A DNA stretch of 62,734 bases, filler included. It is 6 parts of 6 records of this genome, joined end to end, with 100 filler letters (N's around TTAATTAATTAA, not from the genome) between each part and the next. Parts side by side here need not be neighbours in the genome. Positions count along the whole stretch, not along the records: positions 39,595 to 46,628 come from DRR378314_2003; positions 46,729 to 55,607 come from DRR378314_2007; 4 more parts are not named here. One strand, 5' to 3'. A model generated the notes under the pieces. That model did no database searches. It worked only from the letters and a program-made list of their open reading frames with translations, and was not told the DNA's origin. This document shows, piece by piece, positions 41,927 to 53,158 of this stretch; within the stretch, counting starts at the first letter, position 1, and every line of letters starts with the position of its first letter. Position numbers and translations under genes: made by a program.

Positions 41927-41937
41927 GCCAAGCCATC

Positions 41938-42543
41938 ATGATATTTCGGATCAGGCGCACCCATCTTTTCCGCCTGGTCTCACCCGCGGTCGCCGCCAGC
42001 GCTCTTGCTCTGGCGGCGTCTTGCGTGTCGGGATCAGGCAACGGGCTCGCTCCCATCGCAGCGGATGGCACCTGGGCGCCGGGCGTGGACACCCGCGCTG
42101 AAGGCGTAAGCGGACTGGATGTCGGCCACCGGCTGATGGCCGCAGGGCAATACGAGCTGGCCATCGACGCCTTCAACAGGGCGGCATTGGAAGACGGGCT
42201 TACGCCACAGGTTCTGTCCGGATTGGGGTCCGCCAATCTTGGCCTTGGTCGCCTTGGCCAGGCCGAAGCCCTGCTGCGCCGCGCCATCAAGGAAGAGCCC
42301 CAATGGCCACAGACGCTGAACAACCTCGGCACCGTCCTGATAGAACAGGGAAAATACGCAGAAGCGGAACAGATTCTGCGACGCGCCTACGCATTGGACA
42401 ATGGCCAAAGTGACGCAATCCGCGATAATTTGCGGCTCGCTATCGAAAATCTTGACAACACAGGGCATAGTGGCGCCAAAGGCGCGCAAGATAAACTGGT
42501 GCGACAAGGTGGCGGTCTGTACCGCATCGAAACGATACCATAG
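41938..42543 (+). CDS. TPR lipoprotein (TadD-like)
   Basis: Lipobox-like LAASC; TPR motifs such as LNNLGTVL; exact start uncertain. Confidence 0.8.
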   Translation: MIFRIRRTHLFRLVSPAVAASALALAASCVSGSGNGLAPIAADGTWAPGVDTRAEGVSGLDVGHRLMAAGQYELAIDAFNRAALEDGLTPQVLSGLGSANLGLGRLGQAEALLRRAIKEEPQWPQTLNNLGTVLIEQGKYAEAEQILRRAYALDNGQSDAIRDNLRLAIENLDNTGHSGAKGAQDKLVRQGGGLYRIETIP

Positions 42544-42575
42544 CGCCAGAGGCAGAGCAGAGAAGGACGCAAAAA

Positions 42576-43427
42576 ATGCGCCATTTGGGACTATTGTCCG
42601 CAGGGCTGTTCGGGGCGCTGATCCTGGCCTCCTGCGCCAAGGAAATCGACAAAGATGCCGTCGAACGTGCGCTTCAGGACGTCAACGTCATCGACGAAAG
42701 CAACCTCAACAGCGTCGTTCTGAGCAGCTCAGATCCCAATGAGGCTGTCACCTATTTCCAGCGCAGCGTGCAGCAATCTCCTGATCGGATCGACCTCAAT
42801 CGCGGGCTTGCCGGTTCTCTGATCCGCGCCAAGCGCTACACCGAGGCCGCTGCCGCATGGCAGCGTGTGGTGGACCTTCCGGAGGCAAGCAGCGATGATC
42901 ATGTCGCGCTTGCAGATGCGTTGATCCGAAACAATGACTGGGACAAGGCGCGCGAAGTGCTCGACACGGTGCCGCCGACACATGAGACCTTCAAACGGTA
43001 CCGTTTGGAAGCGATGATCGCCGACTCCGAGCAGGACTGGAAAGCGGCCGACAGTTTTTACGAAACGGCGGTTGGCCTGACTACCAAACCCGCTGGCGTG
43101 TTCAACAACTGGGGCTATTCCAAGCTAACGCGCGGTGACTACACCGGCGCAGAACGTCTGTTCGGCGAAGCGCTCCGGCAGGATCCCAACCTGTTCACTG
43201 CCAAGAACAATCTGGTTCTGTCACGGGGGGCGCAGCGCAACTACAGCCTGCCCGTGATCACCATGACCCAGACCGAGCGCGCGAAGCTGCTGCATACGAT
43301 GGCGCTGTCTGCGGTCAAACAGGGCGACGTCAGCACCGGCGAAGGTCTGCTGCGCGAAGCGATCGACACCCATCCACAGCACTTTGACGCAGCCGCCCGC
43401 GCATTGGAAGCGCTCGAAAACGGCTGA
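42576..43427 (+). CDS. TPR lipoprotein of the Tad locus
   Basis: Lipobox LASC; several TPR motifs (NNWGYS, KNNL). Confidence 0.85.
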   Translation: MRHLGLLSAGLFGALILASCAKEIDKDAVERALQDVNVIDESNLNSVVLSSSDPNEAVTYFQRSVQQSPDRIDLNRGLAGSLIRAKRYTEAAAAWQRVVDLPEASSDDHVALADALIRNNDWDKAREVLDTVPPTHETFKRYRLEAMIADSEQDWKAADSFYETAVGLTTKPAGVFNNWGYSKLTRGDYTGAERLFGEALRQDPNLFTAKNNLVLSRGAQRNYSLPVITMTQTERAKLLHTMALSAVKQGDVSTGEGLLREAIDTHPQHFDAAARALEALENG

Positions 43428-43442
43428 TCGGGAGCCTTTGTG

Positions 43443-43940
43443 ATGCACTTCCCCTCTCAGGCCGCCCTCTGGTTCCTGCCCTTCGTTCTGCCGCTGTGCT
43501 ATGCCGTTGCGTTGACTGACCTGCGCGGCATGCGCATTCCGAACTGGGCGGTGGACACTCTGGGAGGTGTCTACATCGTGCTGGGGCTTCTGGTCATGCC
43601 AACCTGGGCGGATTACGGCTGGCAACTGCTGCATCTGCCCGTCGGTATCGGCATCGGGTTTCTCTTCTATGCCGGCGGCCTGATTGGCGCAGGAGACGCC
43701 AAGTTCGCAGGCGCCGCCGCACCCTATGTTGCCTTTGCAGATCTCTCGCTGGTGATTATGCTCTTTGCAGCCATCTTGCTGGCCGGTTTCCTCTCCCATC
43801 GCGTCGCCCGCCACACCGCGCTGCGCCGCCTTGCGCCGACCTGGAAGAGCTGGGATGTCGGCAGCAAGTTCCCGATGGGTCTCTGTCTCGGCGCGACATT
43901 GGCGGTGTATCTCGGCCTCGCGGCATTTTTCGCGCCCTGA
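43443..43940 (+). CDS. cpaA: Prepilin peptidase CpaA/TadV (A24 family)
   Basis: DLRGMRIPN, GAGDAKF, FPMG. Confidence 0.9.
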   Translation: MHFPSQAALWFLPFVLPLCYAVALTDLRGMRIPNWAVDTLGGVYIVLGLLVMPTWADYGWQLLHLPVGIGIGFLFYAGGLIGAGDAKFAGAAAPYVAFADLSLVIMLFAAILLAGFLSHRVARHTALRRLAPTWKSWDVGSKFPMGLCLGATLAVYLGLAAFFAP

Positions 43941-44098
43941 CCGCTCCGGCTCCATTCGGGTGTCGTTGAAACTCTGTCCGGGTTTTCGCGGAATTGATGC
44001 AAGCCTGCCGTGGTCTTGCCACAGTATTGAATAGTCTCTTTGCAAAGATACGTGCGGGCGAAACTCCGTCCTCACCTTGCGAAAAGGCCGCTTGCGAC

Positions 44099-45406
44099 AT
44101 GAACATGCAGACCCCGACTGTCACCGCGCCCCCGCCCCCCAAAGGCCTGGGAGAGATGAAGCTACCGCTGGTGATGATGCGGGACATCCTCCTGAAGACG
44201 ATGTTCCGCAAGACCCTCGACACGGTGACAGATCTGTCGGAGGCGATCTGCCTGCCCGGGTCCGTCACACAGGAGCTGGTCGACCTCGCCCGAGATCAGA
44301 AGTTGCTTGAAGCAACCGGCACGCTCAATGCCAATTCTGGCAACGAGATGGGCTATCAGCTGACCGATGCGGGCCGGGCGCGGGCACTGGATGCGCTATC
44401 ACAGTCAGAATATTTTGGCGCCATGCCGGTGCCGCTGGATGTCTACCGCGAGCAGGTGAAACGGCAGTCCATCCGCAACATTCGGGTCTCACGTCAGCAG
44501 CTAACAGCGGCGATGGGGCATCTGATCCTGCCCGACAGCCTGCTCGACCACCTTGGGCCGGCTGTCAGCGCGGGCCGCTCGATCCTGATGTATGGCCCGC
44601 CGGGCAACGGCAAGTCCTCGATCTCCAACGGCATCCGCGACGCGCTTGGCGACCGGGTCTATGTGCCGCGCGCCATCGAATACGCCGGTCAGGTGATCAC
44701 GGTCTACGATCCCATCGTCCACACCGCCATCGCGCCAGAGGTCGAAGACCCCAATGCCCTGCGCAAGCACCGTCGCTTTGACGAACGCTATGTCTGCTGC
44801 GAGCGGCCCACCGTGGTCACCGGCGGCGAATTGTCCTTGTCGATGCTGGATCTGGTCTACAACCCAACCGCGCGCACCTATCAGGCGCCGCTGCAGCTGA
44901 AATCCACCGGCGGCATCTTCATCGTCGACGACCTGGGACGTCAGGCCGAGAGCCCGCAGGCGCTGATCAACCGCTGGATCGTGCCGCTGGAAGAAGGCCG
45001 CGACATCCTTTCGCTGCAATCCGGCGAGAAATTCGAAGTGCCCTTTGACACGCTGGTGATCTTTTCCACCAACTTCCATCCAAACGAGATCTTCGACCAG
45101 GCGGCGTTGCGGCGGATCTTCTTCAAGATCAAGATCGACGGGCCGGATCAGGAGAACTTCCTGAAGATCTTTGCCCTCGTTGCCCGCAAGAAGGGCGTGC
45201 CCCTTGATGAGGCCGCGCTGGTGCATCTGTTGAAGACGAAGTACCCGACCATCAACAATGTCTATGCCAACTACCAGCCGGTGTTCCTGATCGATCAGAT
45301 GATCTCCATCTGCGAATTCGAAGGCATCCCCTATCAGATGTCGCCGGAGCTGATCGACCGCGCCTGGGCCAATATGTTTGTGAAGGACGAAACCATCGTG
45401 AAATAG
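44099..45406 (+). CDS. AAA-type ATPase at the end of the Tad locus
   Basis: Walker A GPPGNGKS, Walker B IFIVDDLG, FSTN, ALRRI. Confidence 0.88.
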   Translation: MNMQTPTVTAPPPPKGLGEMKLPLVMMRDILLKTMFRKTLDTVTDLSEAICLPGSVTQELVDLARDQKLLEATGTLNANSGNEMGYQLTDAGRARALDALSQSEYFGAMPVPLDVYREQVKRQSIRNIRVSRQQLTAAMGHLILPDSLLDHLGPAVSAGRSILMYGPPGNGKSSISNGIRDALGDRVYVPRAIEYAGQVITVYDPIVHTAIAPEVEDPNALRKHRRFDERYVCCERPTVVTGGELSLSMLDLVYNPTARTYQAPLQLKSTGGIFIVDDLGRQAESPQALINRWIVPLEEGRDILSLQSGEKFEVPFDTLVIFSTNFHPNEIFDQAALRRIFFKIKIDGPDQENFLKIFALVARKKGVPLDEAALVHLLKTKYPTINNVYANYQPVFLIDQMISICEFEGIPYQMSPELIDRAWANMFVKDETIVK

Positions 45407-45450
45407 GCGTGCCCCGCAGCGCCCTTCCGTTTCTCTCTGCACCTATCGCA

Positions 45451-45605
45451 AGGGGGTGCTCCTGCCCGTCGCCGGATCATCTCTGATCCGCTCCCGTTGG
45501 GCATGGCACCGTGCCACGGCACGGTGCCGCAGCCTGCCTCCAAGGGCAGCACACCTGCCGATGCGCGGCGCCAGCCCGGCGCTGCCCGGGGGCGGGAGCC
45601 TCCCT
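45451..45605. repeat. Palindromic ~155-nt intergenic element (MITE/RPE-like)
   Basis: Imperfect terminal inverted repeats (GGGGTGCTCCTGCCC / GGGCGGGAGCCTCCC) and a central perfect GGCACCGTGCC-AC-GGCACGGTGCC at 45505-45528. Confidence 0.45.
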
Positions 45606-45656
45606 TTCGGCCATTTATCCTTTTGTTGCACGACATGATTGGACTAAATGGGGAAC

Positions 45657-46628
45657 ATGCACGCCCTGCCACCACAGATTCTGTCCTGGTTTTCCTCCCG
45701 AGGCTGGTCGCTCCATCCGCACCAGCTGGAGATGCTGGCGCGCAAGGACGCGCCCGCCACCCTGCTCATTGCCCCCACCGGCGGCGGCAAGACCATGGCC
45801 GGGTTCCTGCCCACGCTGGCAGAACTGGCCGATGGCAGTCACGCGGGGCTGCACACGCTATATGTTTCCCCTCTCAAAGCGCTGGCGGCGGACATCAAGC
45901 GCAACCTCACCGGTCCCGTCGCCGAGATGGGCCTGCCGATCCGAATCGAGGACCGCACCGGCGACACGCCCTCCTCGCGCAAGCGGCGCCAGCGGGCCGA
46001 CCCGCCGCATATCCTGCTGACCACGCCGGAAAGCCTCGCGCTGATGGTGTCGTATGAGGATGCAGCGCGCACCTTCAATGGTCTGCAGCGGGTGATCGTG
46101 GACGAGGTACATGCGCTGGCCGAAAGCAAGCGTGGCGATCAGCTGATGCTGGCGCTGAGCCGCCTGCAGGCGCTCTGCCCCGATCTGCGCCGCGTCGGGC
46201 TGTCGGCCACGGTGGATGACCCGGCGGCGATTGCAAACCGTCTGGCGCGCCATCCCGATCCCTGTCCGATCCTGATGGCGGATCCCGGTCCCGCACCCGA
46301 CATCCGCATGCTGGAGGTGTCCGACGCGCCGCCCTGGGCGGGTGGTGGCGCGGCCTACGCCATCCCTGCAGTGCTCGACCAGATCCGCCAGCACACCACC
46401 ACGCTGATCTTTCACAACACCCGTGCGCAGGCGGAAATCTTCTTTCACAACCTGTGGCTTGCCAATGACGAGGGGCAGCCCATCGGCATTCACCACGGCT
46501 CGCTCGACCGAGTTCAGCGCGAGCGGGTCGAGGGTGCCATGGTGCGCGGAGAATTGCGTGCGGTGGTCTGTACCGGCTCGCTCGATCTCGGCATCGACTG
46601 GGGCGATGTGGATCTGGTGATCCAGATC
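45657..46628 (+). CDS. Lhr-type (ligase-associated DNA damage response) DExH helicase, 5' part
   Basis: APTGGGKT, SPLKAL, LTTPESL, DEVH, SAT, FHNTR, HHGSL, SLDLGIDWG. Confidence 0.9.
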
Positions 46629-46728
46629 NNNNNNNNNNNNNNNNNNNNNNNNNNNNNNNNNNNNNNNNNNNNTTAATTAATTAANNNNNNNNNNNNNNNN
46701 NNNNNNNNNNNNNNNNNNNNNNNNNNNN
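46629..46728. other. Artificial contig-joining spacer
   Basis: N44-TTAATTAATTAA-N44. Confidence 0.97.
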
Positions 46729-47202
46729 ACGCATGTGCGAAGGTACTCCTTCCTCGGGCTCGTTGCGGCGGTTGCGGTAGTCTGCGCGCTTCTCGTCGCG
46801 CTCGCGCACGCTCCACGCGGTTCTGCCACCCTACAGTGCAGGCGCGGGACGCATTCCTGCACACGCGCTACCGCCGGCGCACCTCCACGTTGTATATGAT
46901 GATTGCATCGATTCTACGCAGGTCAAGATCCCCGAGTCAATGCGGTAGTGTTGATCTTTGTCGTACACGGTCCACCGGTCTCACTCGAGCCGTGCGCGAA
47001 GCGAACGCGCCTTCCCACGCTGCACAGTCGCAGAAACCGCTGGCTCGCTGGGTGCACTCTGATGTGTATTTGTGTGTCTCGCATTTGCTGACGCAAGTAT
47101 ACGCGTGCAACGGCGCGCGATTGTGCGCATGGAAGGAGTATTGCGCTGGTTCTCCGATCTCGCTAACTCGAAAGTGTCTTCGGACCCTGCTTGATCGCGT
47201 AG

Positions 47203-48699
47203 GCGATGGCGCGCATGAACCAAACGGTGAAGCTGCCGCAAATCCAGTCCATTATGATGGAGTTTGAAAAGCAGACGGAGCAGGTACGTGGAGACGCAGT
47301 TAGGGAACTCGCGAAAGAGCGATCGATGAATCTGCAAACGGAACCAGATTACCAAAAGAACGTTACAATGATATATTCTGGGATGTATCTTGCAATTGTT
47401 GTTGGTGCTGCGAAAAGGGAACATACTGGGCAACTTCTTTGCGGCGAGAGAGCAGAAATGGAGGGACAAGACTATGCAATCGCTCGTTGTCGTGACTCAT
47501 CGCTGATTTGTATCGAAGGAAAAAAGTGGAACAATTTGTCGCTCCAATCTGAATTCTCTGTTTCTGTTGGGCATGATGCACTTTTTGATCAAGTACATGC
47601 GAGAAAGTATTAGCGTGAAGCAAAACAAATCTCATGACGTGTGGGAAAATGTTGATCGCATGTGTGCATTTCCGGTGATTCCAGATGGATATGAAGGAGG
47701 AGATGATTGGTGATACGGTAGATGAGGTTATGGAAGGAAGTGAAGATGAAGAGGTTCGTTGTCGGACAAAGGAGAACGATTCCTTTCCTTTGTATTCATA
47801 AAAGCGTGAAATAAGTGTGCGAGAGCGGTGTCGCTGAGGAACGAATTGTACTTTTGCGCGCGCGTGTGTGCCAAGTGCATAATTCGCGTGTAGAAAGTAT
47901 GTTCTTCCTCACAGTCTCTCGCGCTTCGCTCTCTCCCACGTCGCGGAGACGACCGTTGTGCGCAGCTGAGAAGGGAAAGAATGCGAACACAATCACATTA
48001 AATATGTGGTACTCATCAGAATGTATCTGGCACCGTGATGCGAGAAGGTAGTTCTTGGTTCGTCCTCTTTCATTCTGCTGCGTTTCACCATTCTTTCACA
48101 CACACACTCTCTCTCTTGTGACTGTCTCGCTCTCAGTTCGTTCTTTTCTCTGCCTAATCTTTCCCTGTACTTATGCATTTTCGCCCCGATAACAGCTGCG
48201 TCGCTCACTCAGCCTCATCGTATCGAATGCATCACTCTTGGGCGGTGCTGGTGTCTCATCGTGTTTTGGGTGTATTCCAGGAATCAGAAGCCATTGTCTC
48301 GCAAGTCCTCGAAGAGATCGGTATCAACGCCGCTGCACAGCTCTCGAGCGCCCCTGACGCGAACCGTACGTTATGCGGCATTCGCGACACAGCGCATAAC
48401 GGACGCGCTCCATACCAAGCACACATTGTCTTCGCAGCGTGTCAAGGCAGAACCTTATCGCTGCGACACGTTCCATGCGCTCGCGGCTGTGTCGTTGCGG
48501 AGACGCTCCGGATCGCCGCGGAAAGCGCAACGTGATGTTCGTGGTTGTTGCAGGTGGAGAGACGACGCGCGAATTGCTAACGTGTGCACGGTGCTGCTTT
48601 CGCGATGTGCGTGTGCGCGTAGGGGAAGCTGTGGCGGAAGGTGGTGAAGTGGCCGATAAGGACCTCGAGGCGCGGTTAGAGCGCCTGCGGAACGCGTGA
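47203..48699 (+). CDS. CHMP2A: ESCRT-III subunit CHMP2A/Vps2, last four exons (47203-47283, 47685-47753, 48281-48365, 48623-48699)
   Basis: GT-AG splicing joins in frame to AMARMNQTVKLPQIQSIMMEFEKQTEQ-MDMKEEMIGDTVDEVMEGSEDEE-ESEAIVSQVLEEIGI...DKDLEARLERLRNA*, ending in a MIM1 motif. CTAAC branch points lie near 47163 and 48577. Confidence 0.9.
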
Positions 48700-49228
48700 G
48701 ACGCGCCGCGCGGTCCTAGCCCCGTTCGTCTCCCTTTCCGCGACGACGTAATCATAGTTTTGTCGTTTGTGAATACACTGCCTAGTTGCACAGCTCCACG
48801 CTTGTCGCGAGATACCCCGCGCATCATCAGGACAATTTATTCTCTACCGGGACAGCTGATTGATACGCAACGCGGGTTGACAAGGGGCGAACCTACTGGT
48901 TTCCCCATTTTCGCCCAGAGCTCGCGCCGCGAATTACGATTCCTGCGCGGCAACAACGACGTACATTTACCAAGCCACAGCAGAAAACGCATCCAAAGGC
49001 AACAGCGTGAGCCGAGAGCGCTGTGCGGTGCGAAAGAGTATGCGCAGGACACGCTTCGCTCTCACTGTGTCGCTGCGGCGCAGAAAGCACATTGGCGCGG
49101 ATGCGACGAGGTTGCGCGCCCGCAACCAGCCCTGAGCGACGCGCACGGCGTTGTATGCACATAATGGCGCGCCCCAGCGCTTCACCCCATCGATCTGACA
49201 CAGCCGATGTGCTGCCTGTCGCGCGTAC

Positions 49229-52201
49229 CTGTTCGTCGACGGACATGCTGGCAACAGCTTCCGCCGCGCCGTCGGCGGCAGTGCCGCGGTCCTCGGGCTT
49301 CATGGCGGGGAAGAGCAGCACCTCCTTGATGTTGATGTTGTTCGTGAGGAACATCGTCAGACGATCGATTCCCAGTCCCCATCCCGCAGTCGGCGGCAGA
49401 CCGTGCTCGAGCGCAACGCAGAACGACTCGTCGTGCACCTGCGCCTCATCGTCACCGGCGCTCTTGTCCTTGGCCTGCTGCTCAAACAACGAGCGCTGCA
49501 CAGCGGCGTTGTTCAACTCTGTATACGCATTGCAGACCTCCTTGCCGCAGACGAAGAGCTCGAAGCGCTCCGAGAGTCCCGGTTCGCTGCGGTGCCACTT
49601 TGCAAGCGGCGACATAATCTGCGGATGGTCGCAGATGAACGTCGGGCTGACACACTGCGATTCGAGGTACTCGCCGACAAGGCGGTCGAGCAGCCGCGCT
49701 GTGGTGTGTGGTTCCGGGCACTCCACCTCGTGCTTCTTGCAGAGCTCGAGAAGGAACACGCGGCACTCCTCGGACGCAAAGTCCTTGGGAATCTCCACGT
49801 TGAGCGCCTCCTCGAGACCGCGGACCATGGAGATGCGGCGGAACGGCGGCGTGAAGTCGATTTCCACCGTCTTGCCGTCCGGGCCGTCGGGCTGGTACGG
49901 TACCTTGTACGTTCCCTTGATGTCAAACACAATCTGCGAGAGCATCTTCTCCGTGAGATCCATGAGGTCGTTGTAGTCCGCGTACGCGTAATAGAACTCG
50001 CACGTGGTGAATTCGGGGTTATGCGTGAGGTCGATACCTTCGTTGCGGAACTGCCGACCAATCTCGTATACACGCTCGAGCCCACCGACAATGAGCATCT
50101 TCAGGAATAGCTCAGGAGCGATGCGCATGTACATGTCGAGGTTCAGATCGTTATGATGGGTGATGAAAGGCTTTGCGGTGGCGCCACCAGGGATCATGTT
50201 CATCATGGGTGTCTCGACTTCCAGGAATCCGAGGTTGTCGAGGAAACGGCGAACGCCGGCAATAATCTTCGCGCGCGTGAACCAAGTGCCCCTTCGCTCG
50301 GCATTGGTGATCAAGTCCAGGTAGCGCTGGCGGTAACGGACTTCCTGATCCTTGATGCCGTACTTCTTTGACGGAAGCATGTGCATGCACGGGGTCAGGA
50401 GCGTGATCTCGCGGGCGAAAATCGACAGCTCGCCGCGCTTCGAGCGACCGGGGTAACCCTTGACGCCAATAATATCGCCGCGCCTCACTGTCGTAATCTG
50501 CTTTTCGAAAGCCTCAATGCTCTCGAAACTACGCGCATCCGCCATGATCTAAAACCGTAGAGGAAGAGAGGCAAACACGGGAAAAGCGAATGTGATGGCG
50601 GTGTGAAGCCAGTGAACGCAACGCGTCACTGAACCACGTGCGAGCGATCGGCAACACCCAAGGCAGCGATGCAAGCGTTACACCTCGAAAGCGAATGGCG
50701 ACGAATACTCGAATGATTTGGCACATATGACACAGAAGCGCGGCAATCAAGTATTGCACGACGTACCTGGATCTTGTACGCCTGATCACCACCTCCCTGG
50801 AGGTCGAAAAACACGAGCTTGGACGACGACGCGCGCGCTTGCACAATACGGCCCGCGAGCGCTTCGGAGACCTCCTCGTTTCTCTCACCATCCGCAAGCT
50901 GACTGTACTTGGCGATGTACTCGGCATTTGTCAGAGTGGTATGGAACTTGTGTGGATGCGTCACAAGATTCTCCGATGCCACCAGCTGTGCAAGCGCCTT
51001 GGTGCGGTTCTCAAAGTAAGCAGACGGGTCCACGCTCTGCAGGGGGGAAGGGCGGAAAGCGGTCGAGCGCGCGTGTGGCGGATATCGCAGTCAGTCGCCG
51101 GCGCAGCTGATGCGGAACGCCTAGTCCACATACGCTACGCAGACGCGGTGACATGCTCACCAGCTAATGTGCCTATGACTACATAACAATCACGTCAACT
51201 GTAGAAACAAATCAGTCCCGGCAGCACGGCAGGGCGCGCGCGGTGGCGGGCTGGCGGTGTCCACAGTGCACCGCGTCCCGATTGGGCAGCGCTGTGGCCG
51301 CCAACAGGACCACAGCGCCCCTTGCCCCTCCCGCTTTCCTTCTTGCGCGCGGCCAGTCGCTCTCCATCGCCGGGAGCGAGGGACGTATGGCACACTACGC
51401 AATGAACATCCAGTTTCGAACAACTAATACCAGTTCACAGAGCATTTTCTTTCCTACATGCCCAGCGCTTTGGAGCGCGTCGCCACGACGTGCAGCAGCG
51501 CGCCGTGCGTGCGGACCGCCCTGCCGCCCAGACTGCGTGCGCGCGCAGCCGCAGCCGCAGCCGCAGCCGCCGCAGTGCGGCGCAGCGGACCCAGGACCAC
51601 AGCAGCGCTCTTCTCCCAGAGCAGGCCTCACACGCCTCGCGAACTACATGGGCCATGTAGAGATCAATGGGTTACAGCTCACTCTTTGACCTGCCGGTAC
51701 ACGATGCGCGTGCCCGCGGAAACCCCGCGCAGCCAGCGCGCGTCCGCCACGCTCGCGCCCGTGCTGCCAGAGGAGGGGGGGCAGTAGTCGCGCTCCGCGC
51801 GAGCACCCAGGTCGCACGGCGGACGCACGGCGCCCAGCGACGCCCTTTCCCCACCCCCCAAATTATTCTCGCAAGCCCACACTGGATAAATTCTCTACAA
51901 TGGGGCCTGCACAAGGCGCTCGTGATCTGTCGTTTATAGGACTGACTGGCGAAAGTGGCGCGCACAGCGCGGATGGGGCAACAGCACGCACCTCCTCGTC
52001 CTGCACGAGCGAACTCTTCGGGTTCTGCGCTGGCTGCTCGGCCTCACGCGCCTTGCGCGCAGCCTCCTTCTCGGCCTTGCGAGCCGCCGCGCGCTCGGCC
52101 TTCTGGCGGCGCTTCAGCTCATTCTTCGAAAGGCCTTGCGTGTCGGCGTTCTCCTGCGGCGGTGCCGCCGTATCAGCGGGGACGGGCTCTTGGTCAGCCA
52201 T
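49229..52201 (-). CDS. KARS: Eukaryotic cytosolic lysyl-tRNA synthetase; exons 52201-51992, 51036-50767, 50548-49229; terminal exon unresolved
   Basis: [10 protein letters not shown] eukaryotic extension, [49 protein letters not shown]; phase-0 GT-AG introns. Confidence 0.95.
51545..51575. repeat. (GCAGCC)4+ microsatellite in KARS intron 1
   Basis: Read directly from the sequence. Confidence 0.8.
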
Positions 52202-53158
52202 GCTAGTTCGCAGTCAACGCGCACGTTTCTGTGTTTGCACTACTGTCCGCGTGCGCTAGCGGCGAGGGGCTGCTGGTGCGCCTGCGCACCATGACAAAGA
52301 AGTAGACTAGTAAAGAACGTTCTTCTCAGTCATTTCTTTCGAAGGAGTGTTCAAGCGCCACGCGCAAGCCGACACAGCTTCCTGGTGTAGAAGAGTGGCG
52401 CCATTCTCACTCTCCTCCTTCTGCAGCTGGCGTTTCTAATCTTGCTATTTGCTTGCGTGCGGAGTATAGCTTCCGTGTACTAAGTTTCCGGGATGCACTT
52501 GCGGGACGCGTCTCAAGGACATGGTTTTTTCTGGCGTGGCACTGTGTCCATCTGAAGTTTGTCGGGTTGCTATCCTTCCCCTCGACAGCCCGCGCCGCAA
52601 CATGCATCCATTCATTAGGCACAGGGGGCGAGCATAAGTAAATATTCTATGCGCACAGCTAGGAAGCAGCCGTTTTCGTGGTTTTCGGTACTTCAGCCTT
52701 TGTCCATGGCATCACTGTCGGTGCGAAGCGAACGCCGAGCAGGCCGAGCAGGGAGAGCAAGCCAAGCTGCAAGCACAAGTTTCAACGGTAATGGTTCGCA
52801 ATGCACATACCGCAGTCTGAAATAAGTACAATGATTTTTGGACGTACGGCCTATTGAAACCGTACCATGCTGCAATGCAAAGCGAGCCTTGCATTGGAAG
52901 GTTTCATTTCCCGTTGACGGACAACACGGGCGAGCGCGTTGCCCACGCGGCGGTCATGATCCCATTGCGGTAGCCTTTCTCGCTTTCCATCGCAGATCGG
53001 CCGCGCGCAAACTTCTCATTCTCAAGATACCGCGAAGCACAGCCACAAATGTTTCCGAAAACACACAGCTCTTTACAAATCACGTTCATCTTTTACTCGC
53101 TTCCATTTTCTCAGTGCACAATTCGGACGAGCATCCTCTGCCCAAACGGGAGGCGTAC

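Noticed and set aside
26990-45442. Long antisense ORFs such as 26990-28555, 28758-29804, 38054-39550 and 44501-45442
   Set aside because: They are shadow frames of ade, amn, gltB and the Tad-linked ATPase, caused by high-GC codon bias.
13841-46628. Bacterium-to-eukaryote horizontal gene transfer
   Set aside because: The boundaries coincide with spacers, and the genes keep bacterial operons, SD sites and terminators.
48893-49228. Long C-terminal extension of LysRS in the 550-aa ORF
   Set aside because: It begins at a consensus donor (CAG|GTACGC), so it is probably read-through into an intron.
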